Assembly (NCBI RefSeq): GCF_963921235.1
Contig: NC_086100.1
Location: 203,734,001 to 203,798,000 of the forward strand
DNA from: Mobula hypostoma
Lineage: Eukaryota
Length of the DNA stretch: 64,000 nucleotides
Direction of reading: 5' to 3'
Part shown: positions 53,691 to 64,000 of the stretch, piece by piece
Position numbering within the stretch: position 1 is the stretch's first letter
Layout: every line of letters begins with the position of its first letter
Program-made: the position numbers and the translations under genes
The notes under the pieces: generated by a model
Database searches by the model: none
The model's input: the letters and a program-made list of their open reading frames with translations, nothing else
What the model was told of the DNA's origin: nothing

Positions 53691-54829
53691 GTCCCTTGTA
53701 ATTTTCCAGTGATTCAATGTCAACACTCAACTTCTTCTTACTCTTTATATAACTGAAAATGCCCTTTCCCTGATTTTTTTAAATACAGTGCTTAATGTCC
53801 CTTGTCAGCCAAGGTTTCCTGTCCTTGTGAGGTGTCTCACTACGCATTGCATTGCCTCTGTTCGTAAACCAGCAACCTCATCTTCAAGATATAGTCATCT
53901 TCAAGACTAGGTGGCATGCATTTTTCTCTTCTAAATAGCTACAAGAAATCGAATCTTGGTTTGTTGCTCTAAGGGTGTGGATGTTGATGACGACTTCTCA
54001 AGAACTGACATAATGAGCCGGATTTGCTGTATCCAGTCCAAGGGTGGAACAACATTGCAATGAACATCGAACACGGAACAATACATTCCAGAAACATGTC
54101 ATTTATCATTTAATGCCCTACCAAACTAATGCCATCTGCCAATATAATATCCTCGCTTGTCCATTCCCTGCACATTCATGTACCTATTTTAGAGCCTCTT
54201 GATACATACCACCCTCCGGTTCCGATCCTGCAGACAAATTATTTTAAATCCACCTAACAGCCCTCTCTCCCCAACCTGCCCGGATGTTTCGGACGGATGG
54301 ATGTTACTTTGCTTGTAACCTGATATTATACTCACCGCGGGGATGTCAGTTTTGGGAGATTTCTGACATCTGAACGTGAGGAATACTCCTTACGATCGAA
54401 ACCAATAAATGACCAAAGCTGAGAGGGAAACGTTAACGGGAATTTTAAGTGCTTACTTAAGTGATACAGATGAACTTGACACCATTTGTAAAGAAATACG
54501 GAAGGATGCAGACATCCCACCCTACAAAAACTCATTTCAGGGAGGTAGCACCACCACCCCCGCCCCCCGCAACCCCATTCCCCCCACCCCCGCCCCCCGC
54601 TCGACCTCTAGGACATTCGATTATGAAAAAACACATCAATTTATTTGATCACATATTGAAACTATTTTGTTGGCAGTCTCAGTGCTAATACCTTGAAAAG
54701 CGAACTCGCTGATTCAGAAAAAGAACGGATAACATGCCAAAGGAGCAGTATGAAAAAGATAATAAATCAGTAGAGAAACAGATCTCTGCATTGACTGAAC
54801 GGGGTAAAATGCAGAAATCAAAATTGTGC

Positions 54830-54985
54830 CCGCACCCAAAAGCTCTACTCGGAGTTGCAAAGTGAAATGAGACGAACCTGCGCAGTTCGGCTGTCTCAGT
54901 GGGAGGGGTTAACAGTGATGCCAATCATCCTGAAAGGCTGAACAGTGATTGGTCCGCAGAAACAGCGACACTTCCGGTCCTTTCG
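54830..54985 (+). promoter_or_regulatory. Possible promoter (two CCAAT boxes plus ETS site)
   Basis: CCAAT 54921-54925, ATTGG 54948-54952, ACTTCCGGT 54970-54978; CpGs retained. Confidence 0.45.
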
Positions 54986-56985
54986 CCCTTCATCCTGCAG
55001 ATCCTGCCCTGCTGGAGTGAGTGACAGAAACAGACCCTTCGGCCCGTCATTCTGCCAATCCTGTTCCGTAAGAGTGGGGCACAGACGCGGCAACACGGAT
55101 GCAGAGCCTTTGGCCCGTCACCCTGCCGTTCCTGTCATGTTAGAGCGAGGAACAGACACCACAGCGTAGCAACAGACCCTTCGGCCCGTCATCCTGCTAT
55201 TCCTCTCCCATTAGAGTTCGTCACAGACACAACCACTTCAGACCCTCACGCTGTTATGCCATAAGACCATAAGACTGAATTAGGCCATCTGGTCCACCGA
55301 GACTGCTCCGCCATTCAATCATGACTGATCGTTGTTTGTTATCTCCCCCTCAACCCCAGCTCCCGGTCTTCTCCCTGTTACCTTTGATGCCATGTCCAAT
55401 TAAGAACCTATCAATCTCTGCCTTAAGTACACCCAACGACCTGGCCTCCCGTCTCGACAGGGTCCTTCACAGACACGGCTGTACAGAAACAGACTCTTCA
55501 GCCCATTATCCTAACGTTTCTCTTCCATTAGTCCGTCACAGACTCGCCAGCACGGAAACAGTCCCTTCGGTCCATCACTGTTCCGTTCTTGTCCAGTAGA
55601 GTGTATCTGGGACATCACAGCAGAGAAGCAGGCCCTTCAGCAAATCAACCTGCCATTCCTGTCCCGTCAGAGTCAATGACAGAAACTGCAGCACAAAAAC
55701 AATCTGCTCGGGCCATCATTCTGCTGTTCTTGGCCCATTAGAGTTAGTCACAGACACTACAGCACAGGAACACCCCTTCGGCCCATTATCACAGTGTTCC
55801 TCTCCTGGCAGACACAGACAGAGACACCACAGCAAATAAAAAGGATCTCGGGCACATCGTCCGGCTGCACCTGTTCTGCCAGAGTCAGTCACGGACACGA
55901 CAGCACAGCAACAGGCCATTCAGCCCATCATCCTGCTGTTCCTGTCCAATTAGAGTGAGGCAGGGACACCACCACACAGCAACAGGCCATTCAGCCCATC
56001 ATCCTGCCATTCCTGTCCTGCTGGAGTGAATCACAGACATGATAGCACAGAAACCATCCCTTCAGCCCATCTCCATGCCATTCTTATCCAGTTAGAATCT
56101 GTCACAGACACGGCCCGAGAGGACAAGACCCAACAGCTCATCAGCCCGACGTTCCTGTCCCTTTAGAGTCAGCCCCAGACTGACTGCAAAGATAAAGGCT
56201 CTAGGCCCGTCATCCTGCAGGACCTGTTCATCTAGAGTCAGTCACAGACACTACAGCACAGAAACAAACCGCTCGGTCCATGATTCCACCGTTTCTGTCC
56301 CATTAGAGTGAGTCGCAGACATAACCAGACCCTTAGGCCCGTCATCCTGGATGGTCCTCTCCCGTTAATCAGTCCCAGACAGGATTGCAAACAAATAAGC
56401 TCTTCAGCACGTCATCCTGGCTGACCCGTCCCGTTAGAGTCAGTCACAGACATTACAGTAGAGGAAAAGACCTGTCACCCTATCATCCCAATGTTCCTCT
56501 TCTGTTAGTCAGTCCCAGACACTATTACAAAGAAAAAGGCTCTTCGGCCAATCATCCTGTCGTTCCTGTCCCATTAGAGCGAGACAGGGACAACACCACA
56601 CAGCAACAGGCCATTCAGCCCATCATCCTGCCGTTCCTGTCCAATTAAAGTGAGGCAGGGACACCACCACACAGCAACAGGCCATTCAGCCCATCATCCT
56701 GCTGTTCCTGTCCCATTAGAGTGAGACAGGGACACCACCACACAGCAACAGGCCATTCAGCACAACAGTCTCCTGCTTGTGGCACTTTACAGTCAGTGAT
56801 AGACAACTGAGCAGAGAAACAGATCCTTTGGCCATCACCCTGCCGTGCTGTTCCTGTTAGAAACAGTCAAAGACACAACACCACAGAAACAGATCTTTCA
56901 GTCCACCACCATGCCGTTCCTGTCCCTTCAGAGCTGGTTACAGACTCAAGACTACAGAAACAGATCTTCTGGCCCATCACTCTGC
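54960..56985. repeat. Diverged ~71-bp tandem array, about 26 units
   Basis: Consensus ~ACAGCACAGAAACAGGCCCTTCGGCCCATCATCCTGCCGTTCCTGTCCCATTAGAGTCAGTCACAGACACT; spacing 71 between 55908 and 55979; CR1 piece inserted at ~55259-55449. Confidence 0.88.
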
Positions 56986-58568
56986 TAGCATGGCTCAGGA
57001 GGGTTTAAACTAATTTGCGAGGGGGATGGGACCCAGAGCGATAGAGCAGTGAAAGAAGTGCATGGAGTAAAGCCAGATCTAACATACAGAGAGGCTTTGA
57101 GGAAAGAGAAGCAGAATAAACGGTGTAAAGACAGTAAGGTAGACGGGCTGAAATGTTTGTACCTCAATGCAAGAAGCATCAGGAACAAAAGTCATGAACT
57201 GAGAGCTTGGATACATACATGGAATTATGATGTAGTGGCCATTACAGAGACTTGGCTGGCACCAGGGCAGGAATAGGTTCTCAATATTCCTAGATTTCAG
57301 TGCTTTAAAAGGGATAGAGAGGGCGGAAAAAGGGGAGGAAGGGTGGCATTACTGGTCAGGGATACTATTACAGCTACAGAAAGGGTGGGTAATGTAGCAG
57401 GATCCTCTTTTGAGTCAGTATGGGTGGAAGTCAGGAACAGGAAGGGAGCAGTTACTCTACTGGGGGTATTCTATTGGCCCCCTGGTAGCAGCAGAGATAC
57501 AGAGGAGCAGATTGGGAGGCAGATTTTGGAAAGGTGCAAAAATAACAGGGTTGTTATCATGGGTGACTTTAACTTCCCTAATATTGATTGGCACCTGATT
57601 AGTTCCAAGGGTTTGCATGGGGCAGAGTTTGTTAAGTGTGTCCAGGATGGATTCCTGTCACACTATGTTGACAGACCGACTAGGGGGAATGCCATACTAG
57701 ATCTGGTATTAGTTAATGAACCGGGTCAGGTCACAGATCTCTCAGTGGGTGAGCATCTGGGGGACAGTGACCACCGCTCCCTGGCCTTTAGCATTATCAT
57801 GGAAAAGGATAGAATCAGAGAGGACAGGAACATTTTTAATTGGAGAAGGGGAATTTGTGGGTGTGAATTGGGATGATGTTTTTGCAGGGAAATGTACTAT
57901 GGACATACGGTCGATGTTTAGAGATCTCTTGCGGGTTGTAAGGGATAAATTTGTCCCAGTGAGGAAGATAAAGAATGGTAGGGTGAAGGAACCATGGGTG
58001 ACAAGTGAGGTGGAAAATCCAGTCAGGTGGAAGAAGGCAGCGTACATGAGGTTTAGGAAGCAGGGATCAGATGGGTCTATTGAGCAATATACGGTAGCAA
58101 GAAAGTAGCTTAAGAAGGGGCTGAGAAGAGCAAGAAGGGGGCATGAGAAGGCCTTGGCGAGTAGGGTAAAGGAAAACCCCAAGGCATTCTTCAATTATGT
58201 GAAGAACAAAAGGATGACAGGAGTGAAGGTAGGACCAATTAGAGATAAAGGTGGGAAGATGTGCCTGGAGGCTGTGGAAGTGAGCGAGGTCCTCAATGAA
58301 TACTTCTCTTCAGTATTCACCAATGAGAGGGAGCTTGATGACGGTGAGGACAATATGAGTCAGGTTGAATTTCTGTGGCATGTTGATATTGAGGGAGAGT
58401 TGGTGTTGCAGTTGTTAAAATACATTAGGATGGATAAGTCCCCGGTGCCTGATGGAATATTCCCCAGGCTGCTCCACGAGGCAAGGGAAGAGACAACAGA
58501 GCCTCTGGCTAGGATCTTTATGTCCTCGTTGTCCTTGGGAATAGTACTGGAGGATAAGAGAGTGGCAC

Positions 58569-61500
58569 ATAGAACATAGAACATAGACTAGTACAGCACA
58601 GTTCAGGCCCTTCGGCCCACAATGTTGTGCCGACCCTCAAACCCTGCCTCCCATATAAGCCCCCACCTTAAATTCCTCCATATACCTGTCTAGTAGTCTC
58701 TTAAACTTCACTAGTGTATCTGCCTCCACCACTGACTCAGGCAGTGCATTCCACGCACCAACCACTCTCTGAGTAAAAAATCTTCCTCTAATATCCCCTT
58801 TGAACTTCCCACCCCTTACCTTAAAGCCATGTCCTCTTGTATTGAGCAGTGGTGCCCTGGGGAAGAGGCGCTGGCTATCCACTCTATCTATTCCTCTTAT
58901 TATCTTGTACACCTCTGTCATGTCTCCTCTCATCCTCCTTCCCTCCAAAGAGTAAAGCCCGAGCTCCCTTAAAATCTGACCATAATGCATACTTTCTAAA
59001 CCAGGCAGCATCCTGGTAAATCTCCTCTGTACCCTTTCCAATGCTTCAACATCCTTCCTATAGTGAGGTGACCAGAAATGGACACAGTACTCCAAGTGTG
59101 GCCTAACCAGAGTTTTATAGAGCTGCATCATTACATCGCGACTCTTAAACTCTATCCCTCGACTTATGAAAGCTAACATCCCGTAAGCTTTCTTAACTAC
59201 CCTATCCACCTGTGAGGCAACTTTCAGGGATCTGTGGACATGTACCCCGAGATCCCTCTGCTCCTCCACACTGCCAAGTATCCTGCCATTTACTTTGTAC
59301 TCTGCCTTGGAGTTTGTCCTTCCAAAGTGTACCACCTCACACTTCTCCGGGTTGAACTCCATCTGCCACTTCTCAGCCCACTTCTGCATCCTATCAATGT
59401 CTCTCTGCAATCTTTGACAATCCTCTACACTATCTACAACACCACCAACCTTTGTGTCATCTGCAAACTTGACAACCCACCCTTCTACCCCCACATCCAG
59501 GTCGTTAATAAAAATCACGAAAAGTAGAGGTCCCAGAACAGATCCTTGTGGGACAGCACTCATCACAATCCTCCAATCTGAATGTACTCCCTCCACCACC
59601 ACCCTCTGCCTTCTGCAGGCAAGTCAATTCTGAATCCACCTGGCCAAACTTCCCTGGATCCCATGCCTTCTAACTTTCTGAATAAGCCTACCGTGTGGAA
59701 CCTTGTCAAATGCCTTATTAAAATCCATATAGATCACATCCACTACACTACCCTCATCTATATGCCTGGTCACCTCCTCAAAGAACTCTATCAGGCTTGT
59801 TAGACACGATCTGCCCTTCACAAAGCCATGCTGACTGTTCCTGATCAGACCATGATTCTCTAAATGTCTATAGATCCTATCTCTAAGAATCTTTTCCAAC
59901 AGCTTTCCCACCACAGACGTAATGCTCACTGGTCTATAATTAACCGGACTTCCCTACTACCTTCTTTGAACAAGGGGACAACATTCGCCTCCCTCCAATC
60001 CTCTGGTACCATTCCCATGGACAACGAGGACATAAAGATTCTAGCCAGAGGCTCAGCAATCTCTTCTCTCGCATCGTGGAGCAGCCTGGGGAATATTCCG
60101 TCAGGCCCCGGGGACTTATCTGTCAATGTATTTTAACAACTCCAACACTTCCTCTCCCTTAATATCAACATGCTCCAGAACATCAACCTCACTCATATTG
60201 TCCTCACCATCATCAAGTTCCCTCTCATTGCTGAATACTGAAGAGAAGTATTCATTGAGGACCTCGCTCAGTTACACAGCCTCCAGGCACATCTTCCCAC
60301 CTTTATCTCTAATCGGTCCTACCTTCACTCCTGTCATCCTTTTTTTCTTCACATAATTGAAGAATGCCTTGGGGTTTTCCTTTACCCTACTCACCAAGGC
60401 CTTCTCATGCCCCCTTCTTGCTCTTCTCAGCCCCTTCTTAAGCTCCTTTCTTGCTTCCCTATATTCCTCAATAGACCCATCTGATCCTTGCTTCCTAAAC
60501 CTCATGTATGCTGCCTTCTTCCACCTGACTAAATCTTCCACCTCACTTGTCACCCATGGTTCCTTCACCCTACCATTCTTTATCTTCCTCACCAGGACAA
60601 ATTTATTCCTAACATCCCGCAAGAGATCTCTAAACATCGACCACATGTCCATAGTACATTTCCCTGCAAAAACATCATCCCAATTCACACCCGCAAGTTC
60701 TAGCCTTATCGCCTCATAATTTGCCTTTCCCCAATTAAAAATTTTCCTATCCTCTCTGATTCTATCGTTTTCCATGATAATGCGAAAGGCCAGGGAGCAG
60801 TGGTCACTGTTCCCCAGATGCTCACCTACTGAGAGATCTGTGACCTGACCCGGTTCATTACCTAGTACGAGATCTAGTATGGCATTCCCCCTGGTCGGCC
60901 TGTCCGCATACTGTGACATGAATCCATCCTGGACATACTTAACAAACTCTGCCCCATCTAAACCCCTGGAAGTAATCAGGTGCCAATCAATATTAGGGAA
61001 GTTAAAGTCACCCATGATAACAACCCTGTTATTTTTGCACCTTTCCAAAATCTGCCTCCCAATCTGTATCTCTGCTGCTACCAGGGGGCCTGTAGAATAC
61101 CCCCAATAGAATAACTGTTCCCTTCCTGTTCCTGACTTCCACCCATATTAACTCAAAAGAGGATCCTGCTACATTACCCACTCTTTCTGTAGCTGTAATA
61201 GTATCCCTGACCAGTAACGCTACCCCTCCTCCCCTTTTTCCGCCCTCTCTATCCCTTTTAAAGCACTGAAATCTAGGAATATTTAGAATCCATTCCTGCC
61301 CTGGTGCCAGCCAAGTCTCTGTAATGGCCACTACATCATAATTCCATGTATGTATCCAAGCTCTCAGTTCATGACCTTTGTTCCTGATGCTTCTTGCATT
61401 GAGGTACACACATTTCAGCCCTTCTACCTTACTGTCTTTACACCGTTTATTCCTCTTCTCTTTCCTCAAAGCCTCTCTGTATGTTCGATCTGGCTTTACT

Positions 61501-62731
61501 CCATGCACTTCTTTCACTGCTCTATCGCTCTGGGTCCCATCCCCCTCGCAAATTAGTTTAAACCCTCCTGAACCATGCTAGCAAACCTACCTGCAAGGAT
61601 ATTTCTCCCCCTCGAGTTCAGGTGCAACCCATCCAATCTGTACAGGTCCTACCTTCCCCAGAAGAGATCCCAATGATCTAAAAATCTAAAACCCTGCTCC
61701 CTGCACCAACTCCTCAGCCACGCATTCAACTGCCATCTCCTCCAATTCTTACCATCACTGTCACGTAGCACTGGCAGCAATCCAGCCACCCTTGAGGTCC
61801 TGTTCTTCAGCCTTCTGCCTAGTTCCCGAATCTCACACTTCAGGACCTCATCCCTCTTCCTGCCTATGTCATTGGTTCCAACATGTCTCACGACTTCTGG
61901 TTGCTTTCCCTCTCGTACCAGGATGTCGTGCACCCGGTTGGAGACATCCCGGACCCTGGCACCCGGGAGGCAACAAACCATGCGGGTGTCCTTCTCACAT
62001 CCACAAAATCTCCTGTCTGCTCCCCTGACTATAGAGTATCCAATGACGACAGCTCTCCTCTTCTCCGTCCTACCCTTTTGCACCACAGGGTCAGACTCAC
62101 TGGAGGCCCTGCCACCATGGCTCACACCTGGTCGGTCGTCCCTGCCTACAGTATCCAGGATGGTAAACTTATTATTCAGGGGACTGGCTACAGGGGTGCT
62201 CTGCACTACCTGTCTGCTCACCTTCGCTTCCGCCCCTCTGACTGTCACCCAACAACCTGCTTCCGACAGCCTAGGTGTGACTACCTCCCTGTAGCTCTCA
62301 TCTATGACTGCCTCATTCTCCCTTATGAGTCGAAGGTCATCCAGCTGCTGCTCCAGATTCCTTACACGGTCTTCCAGATCGCCCAGCCGTATGCACTTCT
62401 GGCAGATGTGACTCTGCGGGAGAGGGGAGTTCCCCCAAGACTGCCACATCTCACATAAGAGGCACATCACCGTCTCAGGAGACATTGTAAAAACTAACTG
62501 CGAGCTAGCTTGTCTTCCGCCTCTTCTCGTCGAAGCCTCTTGAGTCAAAGCCTCAAAGCTCCACTCCTTCACTGGCCCGCTCACTCACAGGCCACTTCGC
62601 TTGAGCTATTCTTCTATTTATCTGTTTGATCTTTTCAAAATGTTTGGCCACCGGACCTCGACTGCCCAATCAGCTGCTTTCTGCTGAATCTGAGCTATTC
62701 AAATCTTGATTGTCTAATCAACGGCTTTCTG
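58569..62731 (-). mobile_element. Near full-length CR1 LINE (5'UTR, ORF1, ORF2, CATAGAA-type tail)
   Basis: ORF1 plus ORF2 pieces 61029..61517, 60272..61048, 59624..59929, 58637..59602. Confidence 0.93.
61649..62485 (-). CDS. CR1 ORF1 (zinc finger, coiled coil, SGNH esterase) with premature stop
   Basis: CLLC...CQKC, RVRNLEQQLDDL, IGYSIVR, LPGA, VGTND; DGLHL follows the stop. Confidence 0.8.
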   Translation of the reverse strand: MSPETVMCLLCEMWQSWGNSPLPQSHICQKCIRLGDLEDRVRNLEQQLDDLRLIRENEAVIDESYREVVTPRLSEAGCWVTVRGAEAKVSRQVVQSTPVASPLNNKFTILDTVGRDDRPGVSHGGRASSESDPVVQKGRTEKRRAVVIGYSIVRGADRRFCGCEKDTRMVCCLPGARVRDVSNRVHDILVREGKQPEVVRHVGTNDIGRKRDEVLKCEIRELGRRLKNRTSRVAGLLPVLRDSDGKNWRRWQLNAWLRSWCREQGFRFLDHWDLFWGR

Positions 62732-63376
62732 TGTTGTCCCCTTGATCAAAAAAGGTAGTAGGGATAGTCAGGGTAATTGTAGACCAGTGAGCCTGGTGTC
62801 TGTGGTGGGAAAGCTGTTGGAAAAGATTCTTAGAGATAGGATCTATGGGCATTTAGAGAATTATGGTCTGATAAGGGACTGTCAGCATGGCTTTGTGAAG
62901 TGCAGATCGTGTTTAACAAGCCTGATAGAGTTCTTTGAGGAGGTGACCAGGCACATAGACGAGGGTAATGCAGTGGATGTGATCTACATGGATTTTAGTA
63001 AGGCATTTGACAAGGTTCCACACGGTAGGCTTATTCAGAAAGTCAGAAGGAATTGGGTCAAGGGAAGTTTGGCCAGGTGGATTCAGATTTGGCTTGCCTG
63101 CAGAAGGTTGTGGTGGAGGGAGTACATTCGGATTGAAGGGTTGTGACTGGTGGTGTCCCACAAGGATCAGTTCTGGGGCCTCTATGTTTTGTGATTTTTA
63201 TTAACGACCTGGATGTCGGGGTAGAAGGATGGGTTGGCAAGTTTGCAGATGACACAAAGGTTGGTGGTGGTGTAGATAGTGTAGAGGATTGTCAAAGATT
63301 GCAGAGAGACATTGATAGGATGCAGAAGTGGGCTGAGAAGTGGCAGATGGAGTTCAACCCGGAGAAGTGTGAGGTT

Positions 63377-64000
63377 GATTCGGGGATTTTGGGAATGAAG
63401 GGGTTAACACATGATTAGCATTTTGGCAGCTTTGAGCATGTGCTCACTGCAACTTAGAAGTATACGGTGGGGATCTCATTGAAACATAATGAATGTTGAA
63501 AGATTAAATGACGTGGATGTGGGAGTATATTTCCTATGGTGCAGATGTCCAGAACTAGAGGACACAGCCTCAAAAGGTTTTACCTGGAGGGTAGTGAATC
63601 TGTGGAATGTTCTGTGGAATGTCGTGGAGTCTAAGTCCATCGTTAGATTTGAAGCAGAAATCAATAGTTTCTTGACTGGTCAGGGCGTCAAAGGAAATGG
63701 CGAGAAGCAGGTGTCTGGGGTTGAGTGAGATCCAGGATCAGCCATGATGGAATGGTAGAGCAGTCTCTATGGGCTGAATGGCCTAATTCTGCTCCTATGT
63801 CTTATGGTCTTAAGGACAGCATCTCCTGTTGGTTACCCATTGTAATTCCACTCCCCATTCCCATTCCAACATGCCTGTCCATGGCCTCCCCGACAGCCCA
63901 GATGAGAATACTCCCTGGTTGGAGGAGTAACATCATACTCCAGCTGGCTTGCCTCCAACCTGACAGCATGAACACTGATTTCTCCTACATCCAGGAATTT
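63377..64000 (+). mobile_element. Older CR1 3' piece, then Penelope C-terminal fragment
   Basis: CR1 tail at ~63770-63810; LQPDSMNTDF at the end. Confidence 0.65.

Larger units (their letters stand above)
56987..63376 (+). mobile_element. CR1 LINE split into 56987-58568 and 62732-63376
   Basis: ORF2 stops at VLEDKRVA and resumes at VVPLIKKGSRD. Confidence 0.9.

Noticed and set aside
54960..56985. CRISPR array
   Set aside because: The whole unit is homologous between copies, with no unique spacers and no cas genes; eukaryotic context
61792..62458. Plus-strand ORFs of 78-191 aa
   Set aside because: Antisense shadows of CR1 ORF1

Overview
Repeat-dense vertebrate genomic DNA. The repeat families and gene style point to a cartilaginous fish, probably a ray or skate (inference). 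It holds a cluster of C2H2 zinc-finger paralogs with no visible KRAB domain. One minus-strand copy keeps 12 intact tandem fingers, a CpG/NRF1 promoter near 24.6-25.0 kb and apparent non-coding 5' exons; three other copies are decayed. There are also relic coiled-coil exons of a TRIM gene. Most of the rest is retroelement: deeply nested CR1 LINEs (one near full length), Rex/Babar-type LINE pieces, a decayed RNase H-bearing I/Nimb-type LINE, Penelope pieces with hammerhead-like termini, four solo LTRs with target-site duplications, and a near-complete Gmr1-type Gypsy element (SCAN-like gag, integrase before RT). The most unusual structures are a ~71-bp tandem array built on the CR1 3' stem-loop just behind a promoter-like motif cluster, a near-perfect hairpin mini-element with a 13-bp TSD, and a CR1 inserted antisense into a copy of its own family. 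All calls come from reading the sequence by eye; no searches were run.
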